Positions 1-9,667 are shown, numbered from the stretch's first letter. The stretch: 64,000 nt of DNA from a bacterium (GCA_021812945.1 JAKAMI010000001.1:3637-67636), one strand, 5' to 3'. Notes: generated by a model not told the origin, from the sequence alone. Numbers and translations are program-made.

Positions 1-2137
1 CGTAGCGTTCGTCGTTGGTGATCAGGCCGCGTTGATACTGTTGGTTGATCTGAGCCAGAGATTTTTCGGCTTTGGTAATGATCTCGCCCTTGGCATCCGG
101 GACTTGGATGTCGTCGACCGAGAAGGTGATACCCGAGTAGCCGGCATATTTGAATCCAACGTCCTTCAAGTCATCCACCAGTTGGCTGGTCCGCTCGACT
201 CCGTATTCGCGGAAAACTCGAGCCACCAAAGCCGAAACACCTTTGCGGTCAAAAAGATAATTTTGGAAACCCAATTCCTCCGGAAAAATTCGGTTCAGGA
301 TAATGCGGCCGACCGAGGTTTCAACCATCTCCCCCTCCTGCCGGACCTTGATTTTGGCCTGAATCTTGATAAATCCGAGATTGAAATAGGAATAGGCTTC
401 ATTGAATGAATTAAAAACTTTGCCTTCGCCCCTGAGACCTTCTTTAATGTATGAAAGAAAGTAGCAGCCAAGAACAATGTCTTTCTGGGGGGTGACTACC
501 GGCTCGCCAGAGGCGGGTTTCAGAAGGTTTTTTGAGGAAAGCATGATCTCGCCAGCCTCTTTTTGGGCTTGCTCGGACAGCGGAATATGGACAGCCATCT
601 GGTCGCCGTCAAAGTCGGCATTGAAAGCGGTACAAACCAGCGGGTGTATCTGGATGGCGCGGCCTTCTATCAGTTTCGGTTTGAAAGCCTGGATACCCAG
701 ACGGTGAAGCGTGGGGGCGCGATTCAACAGGACATAATGGTTGTCTGTAATCTGCTCCAAAATATCCCAAACGAAAGATTCGCCTCGCTCGATAAGCCGG
801 GTGGCGTTTTTGACGTTGTGGACATAGCCGTCGGCTATCAGCCGGCCGATAACAAAAGGTTTAAACAGTTCCAGAGCCATTACTTTCGGCAAACCGCATT
901 CGTTGAGCTTGAGATTGGCGCCGACTACAATAACCGAACGACCGGAGTAATCGACTCGTTTACCCAAAAGATTTTGGCGGAAACGCCCTTGTTTGCCGCG
1001 AAGCATATCGGAAAGAGACCGTAATTTTCGGCGATTGCCGGTGGCTTGAGCTACTTTGCCTTGTTTGGCTGAATTATCTATGAGCGAATCGACGGCTTCC
1101 TGCAGCATCCTTTTTTCGTTGCGGCAGATAACTTCCGGTGCGCCTTGATTGACTAATCTTTTCAGTCGGTTGTTGCGGTTTAGGACTCGGCGATAAAGGT
1201 CGTTTAAGTCCGAGGCGGCAAAACGGCCGCCGTCAAGCTGAACCATCGGCCTTAGATCGGGCGGTAAAACCGGCAGCCGTTTCAGGACTAGCCAATCGGG
1301 CTTAATCTCAGCCTTCTTCATATTGGTAAAAATCTTCAAGCGTTTTAGGGCTTTGCGTTTGTTGGCGCCAATGGCTCTTTCGGCTTCCAGCTTGAGGTTT
1401 TCGATTTCTTGGTCAATGTCGATGGTTTTGAGGAGCTCGAAAACCGCCTCGGCGCCGATCCCGACTTTGACTATAGAGCCGTAATTGATGGAAAGATCGT
1501 GGAATTTGGCTTCGGAAAGTATAGTTCGAGGGGCAAGTGATTCCAGCTCAGACTTGGCGGCCTTGTAGGCGGATTCCATCCGAGCGACTCTCAGATCCAG
1601 ACTTCCGGAGGCATCCTTAAGTTCCATCTCGCGCTTTCGATTTTCTTCGTATTGATTCTTGAGTTCCTCCAGAGCCTGCATTTTCAACTCCTCGTCGACT
1701 TTGGTCACGATAAAGGAAGCAAAGTAGATAACCTTCTCAAGCGCTGAAACCGGCAGGTCGAGAATCATCCCCATGACACTGGGCACGCCGCGAACATACC
1801 AGATGTGGGTAACCGGCACGGCCAGGTCGATGTGGCCCATCCGGACACGGCGGACATTGGAGCGGGTGACTTCGACTCCGCACTTATCGCAAACTACGCC
1901 CTTGTAGCGAACTTTGCGATATTTGCCGCAATAACACTCCCAGTCCTTGGTCGGCCCGAAAATGCGTTCGTCAAAAAGACCGTCGCGTTCCGGTTTTTGG
2001 GTGCGATAGTTGATAGTTTCCGGTTTTAGGACCTCACCGTGAGACCAACCCAAGATTGCATCCGGGCTGGCAATAAGCAAACGGATTGCATCGAAATCAG
2101 TCGATGTCACCTGATCTTTTACTTCGACTTTCTCCAT
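1..2137 (-). CDS. rpoC: RNA polymerase beta' subunit, 5' part (runs off left edge; not in ORF track)
   Basis: Manual translation: ATG at 2137 after AGAGGAG, MEKVEVKDQ...WSHGEVLKPETINYRTQKPERDGLFDERIFGPTKDWECYCGKY; catalytic NADFDGD at 602-622; directly downstream of rpoB. Confidence 0.98.
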   Translation of the reverse strand, partial: MEKVEVKDQVTSTDFDAIRLLIASPDAILGWSHGEVLKPETINYRTQKPERDGLFDERIFGPTKDWECYCGKYRKVRYKGVVCDKCGVEVTRSNVRRVRMGHIDLAVPVTHIWYVRGVPSVMGMILDLPVSALEKVIYFASFIVTKVDEELKMQALEELKNQYEENRKREMELKDASGSLDLRVARMESAYKAAKSELESLAPRTILSEAKFHDLSINYGSIVKVGIGAEAVFELLKTIDIDQEIENLKLEAERAIGANKRKALKRLKIFTNMKKAEIKPDWLVLKRLPVLPPDLRPMVQLDGGRFAASDLNDLYRRVLNRNNRLKRLVNQGAPEVICRNEKRMLQEAVDSLIDNSAKQGKVAQATGNRRKLRSLSDMLRGKQGRFRQNLLGKRVDYSGRSVIVVGANLKLNECGLPKVMALELFKPFVIGRLIADGYVHNVKNATRLIERGESFVWDILEQITDNHYVLLNRAPTLHRLGIQAFKPKLIEGRAIQIHPLVCTAFNADFDGDQMAVHIPLSEQAQKEAGEIMLSSKNLLKPASGEPVVTPQKDIVLGCYFLSYIKEGLRGEGKVFNSFNEAYSYFNLGFIKIQAKIKVRQEGEMVETSVGRIILNRIFPEELGFQNYLFDRKGVSALVARVFREYGVERTSQLVDDLKDVGFKYAGYSGITFSVDDIQVPDAKGEIITKAEKSLAQINQQYQRGLITNDERY

Positions 2138-2163
2138 TATGAACTCCTCTTTTAATGGGAACG

Positions 2164-2265
2164 GTGACCTCCACTGATCAATTCCACTGATAAGCCACTC
2201 CTGCCTGCAGGCAGGCAGGCAGGGATCCTGTAGCCTAATCTGTGGTGTTAATCTGTGGCGGTCAC
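2164..2265. repeat. Family A palindromic element (GTGACC.CCAC.GATCAATTCCAC.GAT ... ATCTGTGG..TT.ATCTGTGG.GGTCAC) with CCTGCCTGCAGGCAGGCAGG in the loop
   Basis: Imperfect inverted arms; related copies at 7041-7114, 12642-12717 and 28133-28162. Confidence 0.85.
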
Positions 2266-2277
2266 TTCATCAATTTA

Positions 2278-5200
2278 TTAGTCTGCAACCTCGTCCGGAG
2301 CGGCAACGACATCTTCTTCCGGAGCGGTTTGACCGGCAGCGATCTCGGTGATTTCTTCGTCTATCTCCTCGGTTGATTCCTCTTCTTCAAGTCTGGTTTT
2401 TTCTTTAAGCTCAAGTTTCAGCTTGTCCGGACCCTCGGTGCCGACCCCTTCGCCCATAATATCGACCGAAAGACCCAAACTCTGTAACTCCTTAACCATA
2501 ACGTTAAAGGCTTCGGGCAAGTTCGGTTTCTGAATTTTCTCTCCCTTGATAATTGACTCGTAAGCACGGCTGCGACCGATAACATCGTCCGATTTAATGG
2601 TCAGCATTTCCTGTAAAGTGTGGGCGGCGCCATAGGCTTCAAGCGCCCAAACTTCCATTTCGCCGAATCGCTGGCCGCCGAACTGGGCTTTGCCGCCGAG
2701 CGGCTGCTGGGTGATCATGGAGTATGGCCCGACGGAACGGGCATGCATTTTATCTTCGACCAAGTGGTGAAGTTTCATCATATAGATAACCCCGACCACG
2801 GTTTTCTGATCAAACGGTTCGCCGGTGCGGCCGTCGATCAACTGGACTTTGCCGTCTTCGGTTAAGCCGGCCTCTTTCATCATCGGTTTAATGTTGTCAA
2901 AACTGATACTTTCAAAGACCGGCAAAGCTATTCTCTGATTGGTTTCTTTGGCCACCCAACCAAGATGAGTTTCCAAAATCTGGCCGATGTTCATCCGCGA
3001 GACCACGCCAAGCGGATTCAAGACAATGTCGACCGGCCGGCCATCCGGCAGGTATGGCAGGTCATGGACAGGCAAAACCTTGGCGATAACGCCTTTGTTG
3101 CCGTGTCGTCCGGCAAGCTTGTCGCCGACGGAAATCTTTCGAAGCTGAGCCACGGCTACTTCAACCCTTTGGTAAACGCCGCTCGGAAGTTCGTCCTGAT
3201 TTTCTTTGGAAAATATTTTGACTTCAACCACCTTACCCCGTTCGCCGTGTGGCAGACGCAAGCTGGAATCGCGGACATCCTTGGCTTTTTCGCCGAAGAT
3301 GGCGCGAAGCAGTCTTTCCTCGGCCGAAAGTTCGGTTTCACCTTTAGGCGAGATCTTGCCGACCAGAAGGTCTCCGGCAGAAACTTCGGCGCCGATTCGG
3401 ATAATGCCTTCTTCGTCCAGATTGCTCAAAGCCTCTTCTGAAACATTTGGGATATCTCGAGTCAGGATCTCGGGGCCGAGTTTGGTATCGCGAACTTCAA
3501 GCGAATATTTTTCAATATGGACCGAAGAGAGATTGTGTTCTTCGACCAGTTTGTCGGAAATGATGATAGCGTCCTCAAAGTTGGCTCCGCCCCAAGACAT
3601 AAAGGCTACGACCAGATTTTTACCCAGAGCCAACTCACCCTTGTCGGTAGCTGAGCTGTCGGCCAAAAGGTCGCCTTTTTTCACTCGGTCGCCCAAAGTC
3701 ACCCGAGGGGTCTGGTTAATGCAGGTTCCCTGGTTTGAGCGGACAAATTTTTCGAGATAATAGTCGTGTTTCTCGCCGTCTTCGGATTTGACCCGAATCA
3801 GATCGGAGGAAACATGGGTGATTTCGCCTTCGAATTGAGTGGTCAAAATCTGACCGGAGTCGGCGGCAGCTGATTTTTCCATGCCGGTCCCGATCATCGG
3901 AGCTTCCGGTTTGATCAGAGGTACGGCCTGACGTTGCATGTTCGAACCCATGGAAGAACGCGCAGCGTCGTCATGCTCGATGAAAGGGATAAGAGCGGCA
4001 GTAATAGAGACAATTTGCTTCGGAGTAACGTCCATAAAATCGATGTTTTCGACCTCGTAAATAGCCGGATCGCCTTGGTGGCGAGCGATAACTTTGGGTT
4101 CGGTGAAGTGGCCGTCTTTGTCGACTTCAACTGAGGCCGGAGCAATGTAAGCCCGTTCTTCCTGTCCGGCATCCAGATAGACAATCTTGTCGGTGACCCT
4201 AGGGGCTTTGCCTTTGACTTTCTCAACCGTTCGATACGGGGTTTCGATGAAACCGAATTCGTTGATCTTGGCATAGCTGGAAAGATAGCCGACCAAGCCG
4301 ATGTTTTGGCCTTCCGGAGTCTCGATGGGGCAGATCCGGCCGTAGTGCGAGGTGTGAACATCGCGCACTTCGAAGCCGGCGCGGTCGCGGGACAACCCTC
4401 CGGGACCGGTGGCGGACAAAGTCCTTTTGTGTTCCAGCTCAGCCAGCGGGTTGGTCTGATTCATAAACTGCGACATTTGGGACGAGGCGAAAAATTCCTG
4501 GAGAGCGGCGGCGATGGGCCTGGAGTTGACCAGCTGGGCCGGAGTGACAGTCGCCGGTTCGTTGACCGACATGCGATCCTTAACTATTCGTTCGACACGC
4601 AGAAGTCCGATCCTAACCCGTCCCTGAACCAGCTCGCCCACGGTTCGAACTCGGCGGTTTTTGAGATTGTCAGTGTCGTCCGGTTCGGCGTCGGGCGTAT
4701 TATTTAATCGAATGATCTCTTTGACAATGGCCACAAAGTCTTCTTTGCGCAAGACTCGATTTTCGGGAGTGTTCTCGACATTTAGATCCAGTCGTTGATT
4801 CATTTTGTAACGCCCAACCCGACCCAGATCATAACGCTTGGGATTGTAAAACATGGATTCGATGAAGAGTTTGGCGCTTTCGAGCGTGGCCAAATCCCCC
4901 GGGCGGATCTTTTTATAGACCTCGATCAGGCCGGTATTTTGATCTCTGGCGGTATCTTTTTCCAGGGTTTTCTCGATGTATTTAAGATCCGGATTGTCGT
5001 CTACATCAGTGAAAAGCGCTTGAATTTCGTCGTTGAAGTTGTAACCGAGTGAGCGCAAAAAAGTCGTTACCGGAATACGTCTTTTGCGGTCGATTTTGAC
5101 CGAGACTACCCCTTTGGCGTTTGTTTCGAGTTCGAGCCAAGCTCCACGGTTCGGGATAATCTTAGCTCCAAACAGCTTGCGGCCGCCGAATTCTTCGGCG

Positions 5201-5634
5201 GTAAAGAGCACGCCGTAAGACCGGACAATCTGAGAGACAACCACCCGTTCGACTCCATTGATGATGAAAGTGCCTCGGTTAGTCATCACGGGGAAATCGC
5301 CAAGAAAGACTTCGCCTTCTTTGATCTCGTTGGTTTCTTTATTGACCAAAGTGGTCTTGACCTTAAGAGAGGTTTTGTAGGTGAGATTTTTGTGTTTGGC
5401 GGTCTTCTCGTCAATTTTGGGTTTCTCCAGGTAGAAATCGTTAAACGAAAGAGAGAGTGACCGTCCCGAGAAATCCTCTATCGGGGAGATCTCATTCAAA
5501 AGCTCCCTCAGCCCCTCCTTGAAGAACCAATCGTAAGACTTGGTTTGAACTTCAATCAGATTCGGGAGGCTGACATCAGCCGAGGCGTTGCTTTTCGACA
5601 ACACCACCCGAGAAGAATTGTGATTCTCTTTCAT
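2278..5634 (-). CDS. rpoB: RNA polymerase beta subunit
   Basis: Motifs GRICPIETPEGQNIGL, GDKLAGRHGNKG, GGQRFGEMEVWALEAYGAA. Confidence 0.99.
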   Translation of the reverse strand: MKENHNSSRVVLSKSNASADVSLPNLIEVQTKSYDWFFKEGLRELLNEISPIEDFSGRSLSLSFNDFYLEKPKIDEKTAKHKNLTYKTSLKVKTTLVNKETNEIKEGEVFLGDFPVMTNRGTFIINGVERVVVSQIVRSYGVLFTAEEFGGRKLFGAKIIPNRGAWLELETNAKGVVSVKIDRKRRIPVTTFLRSLGYNFNDEIQALFTDVDDNPDLKYIEKTLEKDTARDQNTGLIEVYKKIRPGDLATLESAKLFIESMFYNPKRYDLGRVGRYKMNQRLDLNVENTPENRVLRKEDFVAIVKEIIRLNNTPDAEPDDTDNLKNRRVRTVGELVQGRVRIGLLRVERIVKDRMSVNEPATVTPAQLVNSRPIAAALQEFFASSQMSQFMNQTNPLAELEHKRTLSATGPGGLSRDRAGFEVRDVHTSHYGRICPIETPEGQNIGLVGYLSSYAKINEFGFIETPYRTVEKVKGKAPRVTDKIVYLDAGQEERAYIAPASVEVDKDGHFTEPKVIARHQGDPAIYEVENIDFMDVTPKQIVSITAALIPFIEHDDAARSSMGSNMQRQAVPLIKPEAPMIGTGMEKSAAADSGQILTTQFEGEITHVSSDLIRVKSEDGEKHDYYLEKFVRSNQGTCINQTPRVTLGDRVKKGDLLADSSATDKGELALGKNLVVAFMSWGGANFEDAIIISDKLVEEHNLSSVHIEKYSLEVRDTKLGPEILTRDIPNVSEEALSNLDEEGIIRIGAEVSAGDLLVGKISPKGETELSAEERLLRAIFGEKAKDVRDSSLRLPHGERGKVVEVKIFSKENQDELPSGVYQRVEVAVAQLRKISVGDKLAGRHGNKGVIAKVLPVHDLPYLPDGRPVDIVLNPLGVVSRMNIGQILETHLGWVAKETNQRIALPVFESISFDNIKPMMKEAGLTEDGKVQLIDGRTGEPFDQKTVVGVIYMMKLHHLVEDKMHARSVGPYSMITQQPLGGKAQFGGQRFGEMEVWALEAYGAAHTLQEMLTIKSDDVIGRSRAYESIIKGEKIQKPNLPEAFNVMVKELQSLGLSVDIMGEGVGTEGPDKLKLELKEKTRLEEEESTEEIDEEITEIAAGQTAPEEDVVAAPDEVAD

Positions 5635-5772
5635 AAACCCTCGAAGTTAATTAAGACCTGAAGACCTGAAAATGACCACCTGAAGCGGTCAAATTAAAAG
5701 ATTAATTGAGTACTGCTTAAAGCCAAGGCTGGTTCGCAATTTATCTAATAATGCTTTTATTTTTACAATCTA

Positions 5773-5801
5773 AACATACCACAGCAAAAGCTGCATGTCA
5801 A
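5773..5801 (-). promoter_or_regulatory. Sigma70-type promoter for rpoBC
   Basis: TTGACA-17 bp-TATGTT on minus strand, about 140 bp upstream of rpoB ATG. Confidence 0.6.
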
Positions 5802-5882
5802 GCGCATAAATTTGTCCCCTAAAAAAAGCTCATCACCTACTATTTTAGAGGTTATTAACTTCTTGTCAATAGCCACGCTCAA

Positions 5883-5939
5883 GTCCGAAGGTGTGAAGCT
5901 ATTACACATCCGATGTGTAATAGCTTCACACCTTCGGAC
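5883..5939. repeat. Perfect 28-bp inverted repeat with 1-nt centre, downstream of obgE
   Basis: GTCCGAAGGTGTGAAGCTATTACACATC-C-GATGTGTAATAGCTTCACACCTTCGGAC. Confidence 0.9.
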
Positions 5940-5974
5940 ATTTTTGAGATTTGAGGCTGAAGGGTTGCTAATAG

Positions 5975-7033
5975 TTAGAGCGATTCAAGGAGCTGTTTGG
6001 TGCCGAGGTGGGTGGAAGCAGAGAGAGCTAATATCATAGAGCCCTTGAGAGCTTTTTGGAGAATGTTCAATTTCTTTCGGAGATCTTTTTCGTCAATAGT
6101 TTCTATCTTACTCAAAACCACTATCTCTCTTTTTGAGGTTAATTTTTTGCTGAATTTTTCCAGTTCCGATCTGATTATTTTATAATCTCGCAACACGTCG
6201 TCGCTACCGGCGTCAATTAAATGAATGAGAGTTTTGGTGCGTTCGATATGGCGTAAAAACTTATCACCAAGACCTTTCCCTTGGTGAGCGCCTTCAATCA
6301 GCCCGGGGATATCGGCGATAACGAATTCTTTTCGGCCAATCTTGGCCACTCCGAGATTGGGCGAGAGAGTGGTAAAAGGATAATCGGCAATCTTCGGTCC
6401 GGCATTAGTAATGACAGACAATAATGTTGATTTTCCGGCGTTTGGCAGGCCGATGATGCCGACATCGGCTATTAATTTTAACTCTAAAAACAATTCCTGC
6501 TTCTCGCCCGGCAAACCCTCTTTGGCCCACTGCGGAGCCTGTTTGATCGAAGTCTTGAAATGCCAGTTACCCCAACCGCCGTTGCCGCCTTTGGCGATGT
6601 TTAATTCTCGATTCTCGGCGGTGAAATCAAATAGTAATACTTTATTGAGTGGATCCCGGGTCAAGCCCGGGATGACAAAAGAAGAGTCAGGGATGACAAA
6701 AGAGGAGTCGAGGGTGGCAAAATGAGAAGATTTTAAATTTTTGATGTATATCTGAGTCCCGACAGGGACTTTGAGAATGAAGTCCTCCCCGTTTTTACCC
6801 TTTTTTCGATCGGTCATGCCGTTTTGACCGTCCTCGGCTTTGAAATAGCCGATTCGGTCTAGGTCGGTCAGAGTGGTGACATCGCGGTGAGACACTAAAA
6901 TTACGTCGCCGCCGCGGCCTCCGTCGCCGCCGTCCGGACCGCCTTTGGGACGATATTTTTCACGCAAAAAAGAAACGGCTCCGTCGCCGCCTTTTCCCGC
7001 CTCCACCTTGATTTTTGTTTGGTCTAAAAACAT
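5975..7033 (-). CDS. obgE: GTPase ObgE/CgtA
   Basis: Begins MFLDQTKIKVEAGKGGDG; Gly-rich Obg fold; GLPNAGKST, YPFTT, DIPGL motifs; start moved to ATG 7033 because the track's extension lies in a repeat. Confidence 0.97.
   Translation of the reverse strand: MFLDQTKIKVEAGKGGDGAVSFLREKYRPKGGPDGGDGGRGGDVILVSHRDVTTLTDLDRIGYFKAEDGQNGMTDRKKGKNGEDFILKVPVGTQIYIKNLKSSHFATLDSSFVIPDSSFVIPGLTRDPLNKVLLFDFTAENRELNIAKGGNGGWGNWHFKTSIKQAPQWAKEGLPGEKQELFLELKLIADVGIIGLPNAGKSTLLSVITNAGPKIADYPFTTLSPNLGVAKIGRKEFVIADIPGLIEGAHQGKGLGDKFLRHIERTKTLIHLIDAGSDDVLRDYKIIRSELEKFSKKLTSKREIVVLSKIETIDEKDLRKKLNILQKALKGSMILALSASTHLGTKQLLESL
6651..6730 (-). repeat. Family B palindrome (GTCATCCCGGGCTTGACCCGGGATCC) with 21-nt stutter units, in frame inside obgE
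   Basis: Encodes HFATLDSSFVIPDSSFVIPGLTRDP; GGGATGACAAAAGA recurs at 21-nt spacing on the plus strand. Confidence 0.85.
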
Positions 7034-7040
7034 AATATTG

Positions 7041-7114
7041 AACGGTGACCGCCACTGATCAATTCCACTGATCATTGGGTTAATCTGCGGTATAGATCTG
7101 CGGAGGTCACTGTT
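7041..7114. repeat. Family A palindromic element immediately upstream of obgE
   Basis: AACGGTGACCGCCACTGATCAATTCCACTGAT...ATCTGCGGTATAGATCTGCGGAGGTCACTGTT. Confidence 0.85.
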
Positions 7115-7125
7115 ACAATTTTTTA

Positions 7126-8223
7126 TTAGTAAATGAAGCCCTTGACTGCGTATGGTGACATGGTGCGTGAACTCACAATCCCCCAGCCTTCGTAGTTCAT
7201 CTCGGTAGTCGTAAATGATCCGTCCGAGTTCACTCCGGTGACAACCCCGACATGTCCGGCCCAGCTTTCACCCGTGACAAAGACCGCTCCAACCCGAGGC
7301 GTTGTTCCAGTCGACATACCCCGAGCTTGAGCGTTTCTATACCATTGTCCGCCATTTCCCAGCCCACCGGGAACCCCGGCGACTTCGGCGGCATATTCCG
7401 TACAATAACCCGGCGCATAGCCCATGCCTCCAAAACCGAGCCTTCGTCCGTTGTTTGAAACTGTGCTGGCGTCTCGGCTTGAACTCGAGCTTCTGGTGGT
7501 GGTAGCGCGACTAGCCAAGGCCAGTTTCTTGTCTTTTTGGGCTATCTTGCTCTCAGAAACCGTGTAACCTACCGGAGGAACCTTAAGACTTTGGCCGGGT
7601 TGTATAGAGTCAACATCGGTAATATCATTTACATACTTAAGAGAGGCTAGTTCCACTCCGTATTTCCAGCCGATACCGGAGAGAGTATCACCGCTTCCCA
7701 CGGTGTAGTTGATGGTTTTAGAGCTGTTGTCAAGAGCGACAGGCGCGGCAGCGGCCACGGTCCTATCGGTACGGTCGGTAATGTTGGTCAAAACAACCTG
7801 CTGCTTTTCCAAATAACCGTTGCTCAAAGCCAGAGTAGTGTTGGTTTCAGCGTCATAAATAGCGGCATCGTTGCCGATGGGGGTATACTTATCTACTTGG
7901 CCGATAACGGCGCGGGTTGTTTGGGGATCGGACATAGCCAGGCTGAACGAACCATCGGCTTTGGCGGCGGAGATATTGCTAAGTCCCGCCATGAGAGCAA
8001 AAGTTAGAATCCCAGCATGAGGTAAATACTGCCTCTTGGACAAAAGAAAAGTTCGAGTCTTTTGATATTGAGAAACAAGCAGCTCTTTATTTTGTATAAG
8101 ATGATCGACTTGAGCCTGAAAAGCTTTGATCTGGTGACCAATTAGGCTTTTTATATTATTGAATTTATCTTCCAGATTACTATCTTCCGCAGACTGAGGG
8201 CTAGGCTCATCGAGGGCGATAAT
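7126..8223 (-). CDS. LysM + CHAP domain peptidoglycan hydrolase (start uncertain: TTG 8043, or ATT 8223 / ATC 8220)
   Basis: LysM YTVGSGDTLSGIGWKYGV...IQPGQSLKVP; CHAP GYCTEYA...GNGGQW...GHVGVV...EMNY; frame stays open 60 codons upstream of the track start to ATT-ATC behind AAAGGAG. Confidence 0.9.
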   Translation of the reverse strand: MIALDEPSPQSAEDSNLEDKFNNIKSLIGHQIKAFQAQVDHLIQNKELLVSQYQKTRTFLLSKRQYLPHAGILTFALMAGLSNISAAKADGSFSLAMSDPQTTRAVIGQVDKYTPIGNDAAIYDAETNTTLALSNGYLEKQQVVLTNITDRTDRTVAAAAPVALDNSSKTINYTVGSGDTLSGIGWKYGVELASLKYVNDITDVDSIQPGQSLKVPPVGYTVSESKIAQKDKKLALASRATTTRSSSSSRDASTVSNNGRRLGFGGMGYAPGYCTEYAAEVAGVPGGLGNGGQWYRNAQARGMSTGTTPRVGAVFVTGESWAGHVGVVTGVNSDGSFTTTEMNYEGWGIVSSRTMSPYAVKGFIY

Positions 8224-8389
8224 ACTCCTTTCCCTTTCGGGAAACTTAGTTGCAGTCCTCTAAAGACCGCTCATCCACTGACTAGGCGGATGCAAACATT
8301 AACTACAATCGGATACGCGCTCAACCTCAATAAAAAAGGATCCGATCTCCCGCCGCTTAAGCGCAGTCGGGAATCAAGATTCGTAAACT

Positions 8390-8418
8390 AGTTTACCAAC
8401 CTCCAAAAGGGGTGTCAA
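8390..8418 (-). promoter_or_regulatory. Sigma70-type promoter for LysM-CHAP gene, followed by a ~160-nt structured leader
   Basis: TTGACA-17 bp-TAAACT on minus strand. Confidence 0.65.
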
Positions 8419-8451
8419 GACCTTTAGGCGTGAAATGGTTAGAAATTGAGG

Positions 8452-9666
8452 CTATTTTTGGCCTATAGCAACTGAGAGACTTGAGGGTAGAAACGAAGCC
8501 ACTGTGACTCCGGCTGGAACTTTAAACATTGCGGCGGTAAGATCGACGCCGATACCGCTACTCGTAGATTTATTTGCTAGATCCAAATTTAGAACGACAT
8601 CGGCGGAGGTCAGATTATTCACTAAATTCGCCGGCCCCGAGGCTACGATTTTAACGGCACTCGGGGTATAACCGGTCACCGCAAGACCGGGATTCAGATT
8701 GATCGGATTGATAGTCGCAACAATTTCTTTCGAAGTTGAAGTGCCGCTAAACGAAATTGTTACTTTAACCTTCTGGTTGCTGTCTTTTTGCAAAGTTATT
8801 CCCGCTGGCAAAGATAGGGCGACTGTTTTAACCAGAGTATCGCTTTGGCCGGCAATGTCGACAGGAAGTGTCTCGATATATTGGGTGGTTCTCAAAAGTG
8901 AATCCTGGCCGACAACATCGACCGTCGCCGGGTCCACAACAATGTTCGAAACAAAGAAACCGCTGGCTGCCAGGCCGGTGGTGACCGCCTTAACTCCGAC
9001 CGTTTTATTATTTCCTGCTTTAACTATTGTTACATCCGCCTTAGCCGTGGCTGGATTGATTGTGATCTCGTTTATCGCTTCGTTTTTATCATTTAGTACG
9101 GAAAGGGTAATGTCTCGGCTGAAACCGTCCGACTCGCCGTTTAGTTTGACGATGGCCGAGGCCGCCGTAGCTCCCCCAATCAGGCTTTTGGGGCCGGAAA
9201 TTTCGACTTTATCGGGAGTAAAATCAATGCTACCGATGGTCCGACCGTCGGCAGCCTGGCCGATGATGACTGCCGCCACCGAGACCGTTTTTTTCTCAAC
9301 CGGTTCCAACCGCACCATAATATTGGCCGGATCGACTTCTATGACCGAAACATTTGGCAGGTTCGGATTGACTATTACTTTAAGGTTGTGAGTTCCGGCG
9401 GCCAGACCGTTTAAGTCCACAAAAGCTGAAAAATTGTCGCTCGAAAGCTGTTTCCAGACGCTTGGATCGGCGGCAATCTTTAAGTTCACTTCTTTGGTAT
9501 CGTAAATAGCGGAAAAGTTGGTCGGGACATTGACCGCTTTGACCGGGATGCTTCCCGGGAATTTGGCGACATTGTTCTGAGCCGCGGCTACAAAAACCCA
9601 CAAACCCAGCGCCAGGAGCAGGGCAACTATTTTCATACCCAGATTGTGTGTTACCAGCCTAATCAT
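8452..9666 (-). CDS. cdaR: CdaR/YbbR-like regulator of diadenylate cyclase
   Basis: N-terminal TM (NLGMKIVALLLALGLWVFV), repeated YbbR-like domains (PDKVEISGP, PATVDVVG), directly after cdaA. Confidence 0.88.
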   Translation of the reverse strand: MIRLVTHNLGMKIVALLLALGLWVFVAAAQNNVAKFPGSIPVKAVNVPTNFSAIYDTKEVNLKIAADPSVWKQLSSDNFSAFVDLNGLAAGTHNLKVIVNPNLPNVSVIEVDPANIMVRLEPVEKKTVSVAAVIIGQAADGRTIGSIDFTPDKVEISGPKSLIGGATAASAIVKLNGESDGFSRDITLSVLNDKNEAINEITINPATAKADVTIVKAGNNKTVGVKAVTTGLAASGFFVSNIVVDPATVDVVGQDSLLRTTQYIETLPVDIAGQSDTLVKTVALSLPAGITLQKDSNQKVKVTISFSGTSTSKEIVATINPINLNPGLAVTGYTPSAVKIVASGPANLVNNLTSADVVLNLDLANKSTSSGIGVDLTAAMFKVPAGVTVASFLPSSLSVAIGQK

Positions 9667-9667
9667 C

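Noticed and set aside
32..5052. Plus-strand ORFs over rpoC/rpoB and similar shadow ORFs throughout the window
   Set aside because: Antisense or alternate-frame to well-supported genes; no motifs
8224..8385. Canonical c-di-AMP (ydaO) riboswitch
   Set aside because: Could not find the GCTGAA, GGGGA and GTCAGCT consensus blocks; kept only as an unknown leader
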